Below, piece by piece: positions 38,222 through 48,808 of a DNA stretch of 64,000 nt. The stretch comes from an uncultured virus (IMG/VR IMGVR_UViG_3300020175_000006). Taxonomy: Duplodnaviria; Heunggongvirae; Uroviricota; Caudoviricetes. Made by a program: the position numbers and the translations under genes. The stretch lies in IMG/VR virus record IMGVR_UViG_3300020175_000006. The stretch is one strand, 5' to 3'. The notes beneath the pieces are model-generated. The model worked only from the letters and a program-made list of their open reading frames with translations, was not told where the DNA came from and did no database searches. Numbering within the stretch: the stretch's first letter is position 1; every line of letters starts with the position of its first letter.

Positions 38222-39229
38222 TTAGTTTTTTTTAAATCTTCTTTTTTCTTTTCTTGTTAGTTTCATAAATGGGGTAAGAAAATAAACCCATGCGTTGTCA
38301 GTTTTAGGTAGGTATTTGAATATTCCATCATCCATCATCATCCTCATCAAATTTTGATACCCCCTACCTTCAGGGTCAATATCTTCAGAGTAATAAAGTT
38401 CAACTAGTTCTTTCGCTTCTTCAGTTAACAAAGGTACTGATAAATCCACAAGTTTCCTATTAATAACATAAAATTCATCACCATATACCCCTCTCTTAGT
38501 TTTACCCGATAGTAGGTTTTGTAACGCTCTGTTATCCTTATCATTTTCGTGTAGTTTTTCACCTTTTTCTAAAATATCGTCAACAGAGACCACGGAATCA
38601 ACTATCTCAGGGAAAAGTTTTACAAAAGTTTTTTCACCAAAATAGTAAATACCATCAATATTGTCGGACTTATCTCCTGATATAATTTTAAAAGTAGAAA
38701 CATTTTGATGGGGTATTGATATATCTTTCAATTTAACTTTATCTCCGTACTTAATCATTTGTTTCTGTGTTGGAGAATATATTTGTACTTTTTCAGATAT
38801 TAGTTGTGTTAGGTCTTTATCCGCAGAAAATATAGTTTTGTTTTCATCCTCAGAGATATGACAATAATACGCTATCATATCATCTGACTCATTACCATCA
38901 ACTATAATCTGACGTATAAACATTTCCTCAAGATACTCTTTTACTCTTTTGAGTTGCCATTCAAATGATTGTTTTTGAATATCATTAAGTCTGTTATACC
39001 TTCTATTTTCTTTATATTCTGCGAAAATTTTCTTCCTCTGTATTGAGTTATCATTTCCGTCCCAAAAAACGATTACCTTATCATAGTTATACTCTGAAAT
39101 AAATCTACGTAAAGTATTAACAAAGTGATATATACCACCAATATGGTTACCTTTATGATAATACTCACGTACTCCATGATAACCTATCTTAAATAGGTTA
39201 TTTCCATCCACTAATAAGGTCTTAGTCAC
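38222..39229 (-). CDS. 5'-3' exonuclease / flap endonuclease (T4 RNase H-like)
   Basis: LLVDGNN, YKENR, ESDD, SADKDL, GDKSDNIDG motifs; GTG start. Confidence 0.92.
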   Translation of the reverse strand: MTKTLLVDGNNLFKIGYHGVREYYHKGNHIGGIYHFVNTLRRFISEYNYDKVIVFWDGNDNSIQRKKIFAEYKENRRYNRLNDIQKQSFEWQLKRVKEYLEEMFIRQIIVDGNESDDMIAYYCHISEDENKTIFSADKDLTQLISEKVQIYSPTQKQMIKYGDKVKLKDISIPHQNVSTFKIISGDKSDNIDGIYYFGEKTFVKLFPEIVDSVVSVDDILEKGEKLHENDKDNRALQNLLSGKTKRGVYGDEFYVINRKLVDLSVPLLTEEAKELVELYYSEDIDPEGRGYQNLMRMMMDDGIFKYLPKTDNAWVYFLTPFMKLTRKEKRRFKKN

Positions 39230-39239
39230 ATTAAAATAC

Positions 39240-40244
39240 TTAAAGAATTAAACTTTCTTCTTCCAACTTAAAGTCACTACCTGTACCAATAATATCTTTC
39301 CAATATTCAGAGTTTTCAGATTTATACTTTTCGATAGATTTTTTTTCCTCAGAGGAATCCTTTCCGGGTAAAAACCCGTGAGCAGTAACTAATATTCTAC
39401 CGTCTTCATAACCTAACCCATTAATGTGGTTTTTCATAACTGAGACCTTAGTTCTAGTTGCAAATTTTACTTTTCTTTTATCTTTAACCGCAGTTATCTT
39501 TGTAGTACCCGCATTTTTTTGATTTCCAAAAAGAAAAACTAATGATGAGTTTAACCAAATAGCCTCTCCTCCTTTAGCTTTAATCTTAGGCTGACCAAAA
39601 GGATTATCTGGAAGTTCAACCCATGGTTGGTTAACAATTACTAAAGTATTTTCGTGTTTTGAATCTGACCTACGAGAACCTGATATTCTTTGGTTTATTC
39701 CCATACCTATCTTATCTGCCAAAACTGCCGCATTATGTTGCTTACCACCTTTACCGTCATATGTCATCTTACATGGAACTGAACCAACTGAATCCCATAA
39801 AAATAGTAAGTCATAATCCAAATCTCCACTACTTTGAGCATCTAACAATTCATTAATAAAATTAGTAATTTGTTCAATATATTCAAAGTTATTATTAAAA
39901 AGGAAAAATCCATCCCAATCTAATTCTCCCGTTTCTTTATCAACAACTTCTTCACATTCAAAACCCATAAGTTTTGCATGCTCAAAAGACCATTTCTGCT
40001 CTGTTATTATAAAAACAGGGAGTATACCTTTTTTTTGTGCGTCAACAGCAGCTTTAACAAGTGCTGTAGTTTTTCCTGTATCCGAGTGACCTAAAAACAT
40101 ATTAAGGTGACCCATTGCCGGTCCAGGTACCCCTACTGCATCTAAGAAATCAGTACCTAAATCATAAAACCTTTGCGGTTTAAACTTAGCTGATGAAGAA
40201 AATTTCTTCTTAATATCTTTAAAGTCTTTCTTTTTAATTGCCAT
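39240..40244 (-). CDS. RecA/UvsX-like recombinase
   Basis: GHSDTGKT Walker A, LWDSVGS, VNQ, KGGEAI, KNH motifs. Confidence 0.9.
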   Translation of the reverse strand: MAIKKKDFKDIKKKFSSSAKFKPQRFYDLGTDFLDAVGVPGPAMGHLNMFLGHSDTGKTTALVKAAVDAQKKGILPVFIITEQKWSFEHAKLMGFECEEVVDKETGELDWDGFFLFNNNFEYIEQITNFINELLDAQSSGDLDYDLLFLWDSVGSVPCKMTYDGKGGKQHNAAVLADKIGMGINQRISGSRRSDSKHENTLVIVNQPWVELPDNPFGQPKIKAKGGEAIWLNSSLVFLFGNQKNAGTTKITAVKDKRKVKFATRTKVSVMKNHINGLGYEDGRILVTAHGFLPGKDSSEEKKSIEKYKSENSEYWKDIIGTGSDFKLEEESLIL

Positions 40245-40256
40245 TTTTTTTTAATT

Positions 40257-40294
40257 AAAATAATGGTGAGGAGGATTATCCCTCCTCACCATTA
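40257..40294 (-). terminator. Intrinsic terminator after SSB gene
   Basis: Perfect 14-bp stem taatggtgaggagg/cctcctcaccatta followed by a T-run on the minus strand. Confidence 0.8.
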
Positions 40295-40307
40295 ACATTT
40301 GTAATCT

Positions 40308-41162
40308 TTAGAAAGGAAGATTTTCATCGACTTTAGTAGTCGACTGTGGGTCCTTTTCTTCATTAATTTTTACTTTCTCATCACCACCACCAATCGTTTC
40401 AATAGTATTGTCTCCATAAACAAACTTTTTAAGTTCTGAGTCCCATACAGGTGTCTCTCCCCTTGCGACCGCTTCAAGATACTCTACAGGTCTTTGTGCG
40501 TACACATCAGACCACGTCATTTCATCCTCCATCCATTCTTTCATCGTATCACTATCATCACTTAGAGGTGTTGGGTCATCGTACATAATAGTTTGAACTA
40601 CAGTGTACTCAATACCTGAGTTAGTTTTAGATTTAGAAAGTTCGACAATTAAGTCTCTGCCCTCTTGAGAGTCAGTAACGTCTCCCTTAGCTCTCCATAT
40701 TGGGATAATCTTATCCAAGATACCTTCTTGTTTATAGTTATCCTTAAATCTCCAAAATTTAACCCCGTCTGATTCATTATCACGGTCAACAACCTTTACT
40801 ATATAAAACTTGCGTGGACGGTACTGCATAGCCAGTTTTTTATCTGACTCTTTTCCTGTTGACATAAGTTCTTCGTAGACTTCAGTCAATGGGGAGCGTT
40901 CACCATCATTTTTACCTGGGTCGTATAGTTTAACCCATCTACCGTCTACTTGAACCTCGTGAAACCAAACTTCCTTAAATGGTGATGAACCATCGGGTGT
41001 TGGTAGTATCCTTATCTTAGACTGTCCGGATTTAGTACCTTTAGGTAGGTACGTAGTGAAGTACTTCTTCAACCTTTGCTCTTGAGTCATTCCATCCCCG
41101 TTACCGCGAGATGTGACATTTTTGTCGTACTGAGCTAGTACTGCGTCGAGTGCGTTTGCCAT
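40308..41162 (-). CDS. Single-stranded DNA-binding protein (T4 gp32-like)
   Basis: IRILP...PFKEVWFH...VVDRD...GVKFWRF...GRDL motifs, acidic tail ending DENLPF; start MANALD at 41162 preferred over 41204. Confidence 0.8.
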   Translation of the reverse strand: MANALDAVLAQYDKNVTSRGNGDGMTQEQRLKKYFTTYLPKGTKSGQSKIRILPTPDGSSPFKEVWFHEVQVDGRWVKLYDPGKNDGERSPLTEVYEELMSTGKESDKKLAMQYRPRKFYIVKVVDRDNESDGVKFWRFKDNYKQEGILDKIIPIWRAKGDVTDSQEGRDLIVELSKSKTNSGIEYTVVQTIMYDDPTPLSDDSDTMKEWMEDEMTWSDVYAQRPVEYLEAVARGETPVWDSELKKFVYGDNTIETIGGGDEKVKINEEKDPQSTTKVDENLPF

Positions 41163-41201
41163 TTTTCTTTTATTCTTTAAAAATTTATCTATTATTCTAT
41201 A

Positions 41202-41232
41202 CAAATATAAATGATTTTTAACTTAAGTCAAA
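41202..41232 (-). promoter_or_regulatory. Bacteroidota primary-sigma-type promoter (TTTG-N19-TATATTTG) for the replication operon
   Basis: Minus strand TTTGacttaagttaaaaatcattTATATTTG matches the -33/-7 consensus. Confidence 0.65.
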
Positions 41233-41243
41233 TTACTGAGAAT

Positions 41244-41271
41244 AAAAAAAGAGACTCAATAGTCTCTTTTT
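41244..41271 (-). terminator. Intrinsic (bidirectional-type) terminator
   Basis: aaaaagagact-caat-agtctcttttt. Confidence 0.75.
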
Positions 41272-41295
41272 AATAAAAATATTTACACGGTTTAA

Positions 41296-41916
41296 TTACA
41301 TGAGACCTTCATCTTCAAATGGTTGGTCGAACGATTTTTTAATATTGCCGTCCGAATAACTTTCAATGTCATCACTTGTAAGTACGTATTCGTTTTTTCC
41401 TGTCTTTTCTAAATCTTCTTGCTTATCCATAAAGAAGTCAGTTAGTTTTTGATTATATGGATAACTATCTAAACTCCTTAACTGTAATTTTTCTTCAGGA
41501 GATTTTTGTCTATATTTTTCTATTTTAGTTTCCAACTGATTAATTCGGTCTAATATACTATCCATCTCTCCGAGTTTACTTGTTAAATCATCTAATTTAC
41601 CAAACATAGTATCCATATATTCATCCTGTTTATTAGACATATCTTTTTGTGTCGTCACTAAATCTGTAATGTCTAACTCTTCGGTACCGACTTCATCGGT
41701 AACATCAACTTCATCATCACCACTAACAACTTCAACGTCTGGGTCATCACTTACATCCACAGGTTCAGGGACTTCGTCAACCTCTAAGTCATCTGTCTGA
41801 GCAATGTCTTCACCACCTTCATCAGGTAAGTCCGTAACTTCCTCTTGCTCAAAAACATAATTATTTATGTTTTGATGTCTTTTTATTTCTTTTAATATTT
41901 TTTTATCTATTGACAT
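41296..41916 (-). CDS. Acidic coiled-coil protein of unknown function
   Basis: 206 aa; D/E-rich segment then a heptad-like region. Confidence 0.75.
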   Translation of the reverse strand: MSIDKKILKEIKRHQNINNYVFEQEEVTDLPDEGGEDIAQTDDLEVDEVPEPVDVSDDPDVEVVSGDDEVDVTDEVGTEELDITDLVTTQKDMSNKQDEYMDTMFGKLDDLTSKLGEMDSILDRINQLETKIEKYRQKSPEEKLQLRSLDSYPYNQKLTDFFMDKQEDLEKTGKNEYVLTSDDIESYSDGNIKKSFDQPFEDEGLM

Positions 41917-41929
41917 AATATTTTTTATT

Positions 41930-42154
41930 TTATCCGTTTAATAGTGTCTTCATTCCCTGTGGGGTCTCAACTCTTAGAGTTTTATTAACTTTCATAGTAT
42001 TATCTACTCTTTCGATTAACCCGTCTCTCATTCTTACCGTATAACAGTCTCCGGTATCTAAATCACACACTTCTTTATATCCGTTTCCGTTATCACGCTC
42101 AGTTAATCGACTATCCTTTTGTAGATATGTGTCTAATAAATTTTTTATGTTCAT
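41930..42154 (-). CDS. Small hypothetical protein
   Basis: 74 aa, EVCDLDTGDCY; TATTTATA upstream. Confidence 0.7.
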   Translation of the reverse strand: MNIKNLLDTYLQKDSRLTERDNGNGYKEVCDLDTGDCYTVRMRDGLIERVDNTMKVNKTLRVETPQGMKTLLNG

Positions 42155-42166
42155 TACTCTTTTTTA

Positions 42167-42174
42167 TATAAATA
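42167..42174 (-). promoter_or_regulatory. TATTTATA motif
   Basis: 12 nt upstream of the 42154 start. Confidence 0.5.
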
Positions 42175-42193
42175 TATTGATTATTTGGAATAT

Positions 42194-45100
42194 TCAAATA
42201 TCCCCCCTAGAAACTACCGATGTAAAAATATCAAGCCATTCTTGATACTCATCTTTGTATTGAGTATTACCATTTATTTTAGTTTTTATAATGGCAATAA
42301 TCTGTTGTGGAGTCCCTTGTATTGGCTCAATCTCATATATTTGAGCTAAATATAAATACGCTAAAGCCTTAGGTGTTGTATTAGTCGTTTGAGTTTGTTG
42401 AAGTTCATTATCCATCGCCTCAAGTATTGAACCCAGTGGGTTAAATGTAGCTCTCATAAAATCGAGCGAATCTTTAATACTTGAAAATGAAGCGATAGGA
42501 AATGTTTGTTCGTTAACAATAATACAAGTTTGAGAGTTGAAATATTGCGTCCTTTGTGTTGGTTTTATTTCTCTACTTGTAACCAAATCCATTAAATTAT
42601 TATTATACACATTTTGCCTAACTGGTAGGTTATGAGTAGCAATTCCATATATGAAAAATTTTAATTTATTGTTTGTGAATTGGTTGTTATTTACGTATTC
42701 TTTTACTTCTTGTCCATTAACAGTAGTTGGTGTCATATCAACAAATGTCTTATCACTATATTTAGTTAGTGATTTACATTTTTCTTCAGGGACTTGACTA
42801 ACATTTTTGGATTCAGATAATGCAATTGTATTATTTGTTTTTCCTGATGGGTTATTAACTTCAATAGACCTTAACTTCTTTTGATATAGGCCTAACAATT
42901 CTCTGTTTACACTGGCAACCAATTTATCTGGTTTTGGGAATGAGTATTTAGGCATTCTTACCCCTTCAAAATTAGTCGTGAATCCCCTCGTACTTATACT
43001 ATGATTAACATTCATTATATAATATGGACCGTAAAACATAGGTACATTTGTTAGGTTAAAGTACATAGTCGGTTGTATCATAACATTACCTAAAGACTGT
43101 ACCTGACATGTATAACTTCTAGATTTATAAAAATTATAAAGTGATTGAGTTTGTTGTGCAACCTTTTGACCTGACGCCTGCGCACCTAATTGTTCTAAGA
43201 CCCCAAATGTCGGTCCAATATTTTTATGTTGATTCATGTCAATAGATACTGAGTTAAATACTCCTTGGTTTCTTTTACCAAAGTCTACTTGAAACCCAAC
43301 ACATCTATTACTATCCGAATAATTATCTTTATTTTGTTGATTTTCTCTCAATGGACAGTCTGACGGGTTAGTAATATCAAATGAGTCATTACCTTTCCTA
43401 ATATTTTTATTTTGTTCCATACCTAAATTTTCTGATGGAGGTCCCATCCATATCCCTAACATTTTTGGTCTACTGTTTCTCGCATCGACCTCCATGAATG
43501 TTCCAAACAAATCATTCGGTATATCTTGTGGGAAAGGTTCCCCTTTTTTTACTCTATCATCTCTACCATAAAAGTTTGTATATGCCGGTGTTGGCATAAA
43601 AACAAAATTATTTTTTTCATATATTGTCCCAAGTAAAGAATATACGGTAGTTTTATCATTTCTACCTCTTAAATACCCCTCAAGTTCTTTAATATTTATC
43701 ACAATTTTATCCCCTATAGGTCTGTTGGCCCGGTCTAAAAATAAAAAATCTTCAAATATAGTTCTAGTTTTAAAATCTTGTCCAGACACCCACTTATCAT
43801 TTAGTAGTTGGAACGATTTCCATAACTCTAACTTAGGTACATTTCCATCAATTTTTGAAATTCTAAGCGCGTCATCCGTGACCGAAACAGAGGGTAATTG
43901 TCTGTTTAGTTTAATAAAAATATTATTTAATATATTCTGTTGGAATTTTTCCTTACCTATAAGTGCGTCATTTAAATCTTTTATGAATTTACTCTTATTG
44001 TATGTGTTGTCTTGTGATTTTTTAGCTGCGTATATTTTTATTAGGGATGATAAGTTTACAACGTTACTTTCGTTGAATTCGTAATCCATGTCTACGAAAA
44101 AATCTGTTAAATACGAACCATTATCAGAGTATTTAAATCCGACCTCACTAAACTCTCCCACATTTAGATACATAGAGTTCCATGCGTCTGTGTAATTTCC
44201 CCTACTTTCACCTAAAGTAGTACTTCCACTTTGTGTTGGTAAACTGTTAGGGATGTATGTTTTAAAGTCATAAGGGTCCTTAATCATTTGATTACTGACT
44301 GTGGTTATTGAGCCGTAAACTTTATTGTCATATTTTCCCGGATTTCCTATTTTTAATACAACTTCACGATATAACGCCTTTTCAATATGATAATTTAAAA
44401 AAGTAGTTAATTGCCCGTCACTTATATTCTTAAGGTCTTCATCTATGTTATTGGTTATTGTTGGCTTATCGATGATAAATAGTGACTTCATAACCGTAGA
44501 TAAATTTATATTGTATCCGTTAACGTTTAATCCGTTAAATGTAGATGGTATGTTGTTATATATCCTTTCTAATTCTAGTATCCTTTCATTATCTATTTCG
44601 ACAGGACCCATACTTAATTCTACAAACTTTTCAAATGTAGTTTCACCTCTATTTACCTTATTAATGTTATATTTAGTATCTACTTCACAAAAGTTTAAGA
44701 AGTAAGACTCAAAATTATCCAACATTTCTTTTGTGAATACTCCAAATATATCGTCTATAGATGAGTATTGTAAAGTATCTGAATTACTTATATTAAACGG
44801 TTGAGTGTTTTTATTTTCGGGGTCTATATTTTTAATGTACTGTAATGGTGTTGGTTTATTTACCATTTCATTAGAAAAATACCCGAAGTTAGATGACGCC
44901 CAAAAAGACCTGACACTTCCATTATAAATAGAATTATTAGTTGTTAAATTCTGTTTATATTTACCCTGATTATTAAAACATTCAAACTCCGCTTGATTAA
45001 ATTTAACATCACCAAAAGACGGTATAATTAATATCTTATCTTCTTGGTTTTCTCTAAAATCATAATTTCCTTTTATGTTAAAGTACTGTGACCAACTGTT

Positions 45101-48100
45101 CATATTGTATTGACCCCTCGTATCTCCGCTAGATATTATTTTATCTATACTTCCATTATCTGAATTACCTATTTTTAAATTTTTCTCAGTTTGTGCGGTT
45201 TGTATTTCATCTGAAGTGTAAGACGTAAAAATATCTTTTTTAGTGAAGTAGTAATATAGTTCGTTTATTACCTTTGGATAAAATCCATTTTCTACTTTCT
45301 TAGTGACGTATGGGTATGTTATATTTAACACCTCATTAGGTATAGGGGAAATATCTTCCACTATAGTTCCGCTCACCTCCTCTAATTGTTTTATTGTAAC
45401 GTTATTCCCACCATAATCTTCAAAAGTGTATGACTTAGATGTATCTCCTCCAATAGGGTCATACGCAAATTTATAGTCAAAGTCTTTCCATACATCATCT
45501 AAAATGTCGACACCACTCTCTTTATATTCTTTATATCTATGCCATATGGAACCATATTTTAATATCCAATAATAAGGGACTTTATGTACTGAAGAAAATT
45601 TATTTAATGTTGCAAAAATATAGTTTAAATCTGTAGTGACATTATTATTGTATGATTTAAATTTTTCTTTTAATGTTGTTAGAGGTAAGGAATTTAAATA
45701 TAGATACCCTAAAGCCACGTATGGATTTTCTATTTCATTTTTTTCATTTTCAACTCCTTTAAGAATTGCGTTAGTAAAATAAGGCGTATTTAATAATGAC
45801 GTGGTTTGAGTTTTAGTTATAAAGTTTTTGGTAGTATCGTAATTATTACCGTATTCTAAAGTAGATTCTGTAATTATAAATTTTTCTTTTGTTCTATTAT
45901 TATAATAGTTAATTACTTGATTATTAGTCTCAAATATATTTTCACTGTTACTGTTTGGATTTGGATTAATTTCCGAAACTTCTTGGTTAGGTGAGGTAGA
46001 CGTGTTTGTTATCCATTCAAAATATGAAAACATTTTTTTATCATATGTTTCGTCCTCATTAGAAAACGAAGCTATTGTCTTTTGGTCCTCGTTAAATGAA
46101 AACATTTTAGAAGTGTCGTTACTAATTCTTATAGAATTGACTTTACTCCCTTCCGATAGATTGTTTTGTAACCAAGTAAGGTTATTAAATGGATAACCAT
46201 CCGTAAATGTTAACTCGTCTGATTGATTTGAGTTAAGATATTTTATCAGTTTATCACTACTCTCACTAGACGAGGATACCCTAATCGAATTACCCTCTAA
46301 ATATGAAAGTTTATAAACCCCAAAATCTTGATTTATTAAAGACTTAATATATGGGGTAGTAAAATCACCCCTGTTAAATAAATTCCAACTCTGACCCTGT
46401 CCGTTATTAGAAATACTTCTCATGTATTTTAATAAGTTTTCGTAACTGAATGAAAAGTTTTTTAATAGTTCAATTAATTCAGGAGATTTTACTACCGATT
46501 CTTGTAAATTAATGTATTCAAAATCACTGAAAACACTATACAATTCATTATTATAACCACTTTCTCTATATAATTTAGTGTAGTTAGAATTTAAAAAAGT
46601 TCTTTCAAATAATTCGTAAAAAAATGAAACAATCCTTAAATCATTATATGGCTGTCCTTGAAATGGGAACTCAATGGCGTTACAACTAATAAATGGGTTT
46701 TCTTTAAGTTCGTTGGGATAGTTAAAACCTAATGTTTGATTTTCAATCTGTACCGACCCTTTAACAAACTCTTCAACAAACTGTATTTCAGGCCACACAC
46801 TATATTTCCACCCTTGTACTTTATTAACTTCCGACGAGTCGCCAGGATATTTGTCTTCATATAGCTCGTTACCATCCTCATCTATAGAGGTTACAAAATA
46901 TTGAGGCCACGGGTATATTGTTGGTGAATCTTCTTTTTCAGTTCCGTAAGCACTTAACCCATTTAATAAGGCGTTTACCATAGTTGTCTCTGTTCCTTCC
47001 GATTTTTCGGGTGACATAATGGCACCAACTCTAATGGGGTCTTTTCTTTTATCCCAAGCATCATCGTGAACTTTATCCATTAACCTTAAAAATCCGTCTG
47101 CGGATGCACATATCACAGCCATAACGTTATTTATTGTAGGGTTAAATCCTAAACCAACATCAGGAGACTTTATTTTTTCGGCTAAAGCATAAGAAATTGT
47201 TTCTTCAACTTGTTGTTTTTTAGTTTCAAAATTATCTTGTAATTCTTCTAATTTTCTTAAAAAACTATTTTTAGTTAAATTGTTAGAATTATTTTGGTCT
47301 CCAAATACAATATACTGATTTAATAAAGAATCTTCTTCGACTGTCAATGTTTCCGCGTTAACAACTGTAGGTGGCACCGCAAGTTCCTTTATAATCACAT
47401 TATTTTTAAAGTCGGATAACTCTAACTCAGTAGGCGTCGCTTTGTATCTTAACTCATATGTATTATTATAATCCACTTCCGATTCTGTCGGTTTTTGTTT
47501 CTTAAAGTCAGATATCTTAATATCACAATTTAATGAAGTCTCTATTTTTTTTCCATTCACTTTCACACTCCCATTAGTACCAAAAACAGGATTTTCATTA
47601 AGTATGGTATTGTATTTTTTAATTATACTTTCTAAGTTTGAGATTGAGTCTTTTCTTTTTTGTAGTTTTTCGTTTTTTCCTCCGTTATTTTTTATGGGAT
47701 ATAATATAGGTGAGTTTGGTGTTCTGTCTATTAAACCTAACCTGTTACTAATGTTTTCACTAAACCAATTATCCGTAAATAACCCATATATTTGATTCCT
47801 ATATTCTGTAATCGTGTTTGAGTATTTTTGAATTTCAGTTAGTGGAGACATATCTTCCTTACCATAGGCCTCCATAACATACCTTTCAAAATTTTGTAGT
47901 TTCATTAACATTTGATTAATTGTTAACTCTGGAAAATTATCTTCTATGAGTCCTTTGGCTTTGTAAGCGGAGTAGACCTCTTTAATTGTGTCGTAACCTT
48001 TTGTGGATTTTATTTGACGTAATTCTTGTGTATCCAAACCTGGTTGACTACTAGTCTTATTAGTTCCTATTGTTGTAGTCCTACTGTACATATGTGGTAA

Positions 48101-48808
48101 TGCAAATAACGCCTCTATTGGAATGTCCGATAACATTGCATATGTTCGACTTATAAAATTGGTACTGATTTTATAGTTACCTGAAGATGGTTCAAATCTA
48201 GCGTTAAAATCTTTTAACATTAACTCATACCTAATAGCCTTACCATAGTATCCTTTAAGTGTTAATGTAAATAATGGATATGGGAACTGAAAGAATGCAC
48301 TATACGGTGAGTTTTCTCCTTGTTCAAATAGAACTCTTCCTTGCACATCCTCCATTTCAATACTAACTATAGCAGCAAAAGACGCATTAACTTTAACTGA
48401 AATATTAGTAATTCCTAACATTTGACTGTCAGCGTCCCCACCTCTATTTTGACCTAAAGTTAAATTATCAGTCCATGAGGTATCTAAGTAATCGTCTTGC
48501 GTTTGAGATTGACCATTATTAACGGTCTGAGGTTTCATAAAATTTATAACAGTAGACTTATCTTGGTCTAACGCCCCTATTCGTATATTTTCAATAGTAT
48601 CCTGAAAATTACTACCCACAACTAATTTACTTCTAGGTATAACTTTAGTCTCTAAATTAGCGTACATAACTAACTCTTCTTGGTTGATTAACCGTTCAGA
48701 TACTGTACCATCACTATCAACAACTTTATTTGGGTCTATAATTATTATGTTGTCATAGTCTGTTTCTACATATACGTCTTGATTGTTAAAAAATTTGTTA
48801 CCTGCCAT
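42194..48808 (-). CDS. Giant baseplate hub-like protein (gp27/GpD-like termini with large insertion)
   Basis: N-terminal LGITNISV...IEMEDVQG and C-terminal CQVQSLGNVMIQP...GPYYIMNVNHSI...FTTNFEGVR; follows the LysM-like gene. Confidence 0.6.
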   Translation of the reverse strand: MAGNKFFNNQDVYVETDYDNIIIIDPNKVVDSDGTVSERLINQEELVMYANLETKVIPRSKLVVGSNFQDTIENIRIGALDQDKSTVINFMKPQTVNNGQSQTQDDYLDTSWTDNLTLGQNRGGDADSQMLGITNISVKVNASFAAIVSIEMEDVQGRVLFEQGENSPYSAFFQFPYPLFTLTLKGYYGKAIRYELMLKDFNARFEPSSGNYKISTNFISRTYAMLSDIPIEALFALPHMYSRTTTIGTNKTSSQPGLDTQELRQIKSTKGYDTIKEVYSAYKAKGLIEDNFPELTINQMLMKLQNFERYVMEAYGKEDMSPLTEIQKYSNTITEYRNQIYGLFTDNWFSENISNRLGLIDRTPNSPILYPIKNNGGKNEKLQKRKDSISNLESIIKKYNTILNENPVFGTNGSVKVNGKKIETSLNCDIKISDFKKQKPTESEVDYNNTYELRYKATPTELELSDFKNNVIIKELAVPPTVVNAETLTVEEDSLLNQYIVFGDQNNSNNLTKNSFLRKLEELQDNFETKKQQVEETISYALAEKIKSPDVGLGFNPTINNVMAVICASADGFLRLMDKVHDDAWDKRKDPIRVGAIMSPEKSEGTETTMVNALLNGLSAYGTEKEDSPTIYPWPQYFVTSIDEDGNELYEDKYPGDSSEVNKVQGWKYSVWPEIQFVEEFVKGSVQIENQTLGFNYPNELKENPFISCNAIEFPFQGQPYNDLRIVSFFYELFERTFLNSNYTKLYRESGYNNELYSVFSDFEYINLQESVVKSPELIELLKNFSFSYENLLKYMRSISNNGQGQSWNLFNRGDFTTPYIKSLINQDFGVYKLSYLEGNSIRVSSSSESSDKLIKYLNSNQSDELTFTDGYPFNNLTWLQNNLSEGSKVNSIRISNDTSKMFSFNEDQKTIASFSNEDETYDKKMFSYFEWITNTSTSPNQEVSEINPNPNSNSENIFETNNQVINYYNNRTKEKFIITESTLEYGNNYDTTKNFITKTQTTSLLNTPYFTNAILKGVENEKNEIENPYVALGYLYLNSLPLTTLKEKFKSYNNNVTTDLNYIFATLNKFSSVHKVPYYWILKYGSIWHRYKEYKESGVDILDDVWKDFDYKFAYDPIGGDTSKSYTFEDYGGNNVTIKQLEEVSGTIVEDISPIPNEVLNITYPYVTKKVENGFYPKVINELYYYFTKKDIFTSYTSDEIQTAQTEKNLKIGNSDNGSIDKIISSGDTRGQYNMNSWSQYFNIKGNYDFRENQEDKILIIPSFGDVKFNQAEFECFNNQGKYKQNLTTNNSIYNGSVRSFWASSNFGYFSNEMVNKPTPLQYIKNIDPENKNTQPFNISNSDTLQYSSIDDIFGVFTKEMLDNFESYFLNFCEVDTKYNINKVNRGETTFEKFVELSMGPVEIDNERILELERIYNNIPSTFNGLNVNGYNINLSTVMKSLFIIDKPTITNNIDEDLKNISDGQLTTFLNYHIEKALYREVVLKIGNPGKYDNKVYGSITTVSNQMIKDPYDFKTYIPNSLPTQSGSTTLGESRGNYTDAWNSMYLNVGEFSEVGFKYSDNGSYLTDFFVDMDYEFNESNVVNLSSLIKIYAAKKSQDNTYNKSKFIKDLNDALIGKEKFQQNILNNIFIKLNRQLPSVSVTDDALRISKIDGNVPKLELWKSFQLLNDKWVSGQDFKTRTIFEDFLFLDRANRPIGDKIVINIKELEGYLRGRNDKTTVYSLLGTIYEKNNFVFMPTPAYTNFYGRDDRVKKGEPFPQDIPNDLFGTFMEVDARNSRPKMLGIWMGPPSENLGMEQNKNIRKGNDSFDITNPSDCPLRENQQNKDNYSDSNRCVGFQVDFGKRNQGVFNSVSIDMNQHKNIGPTFGVLEQLGAQASGQKVAQQTQSLYNFYKSRSYTCQVQSLGNVMIQPTMYFNLTNVPMFYGPYYIMNVNHSISTRGFTTNFEGVRMPKYSFPKPDKLVASVNRELLGLYQKKLRSIEVNNPSGKTNNTIALSESKNVSQVPEEKCKSLTKYSDKTFVDMTPTTVNGQEVKEYVNNNQFTNNKLKFFIYGIATHNLPVRQNVYNNNLMDLVTSREIKPTQRTQYFNSQTCIIVNEQTFPIASFSSIKDSLDFMRATFNPLGSILEAMDNELQQTQTTNTTPKALAYLYLAQIYEIEPIQGTPQQIIAIIKTKINGNTQYKDEYQEWLDIFTSVVSRGDI

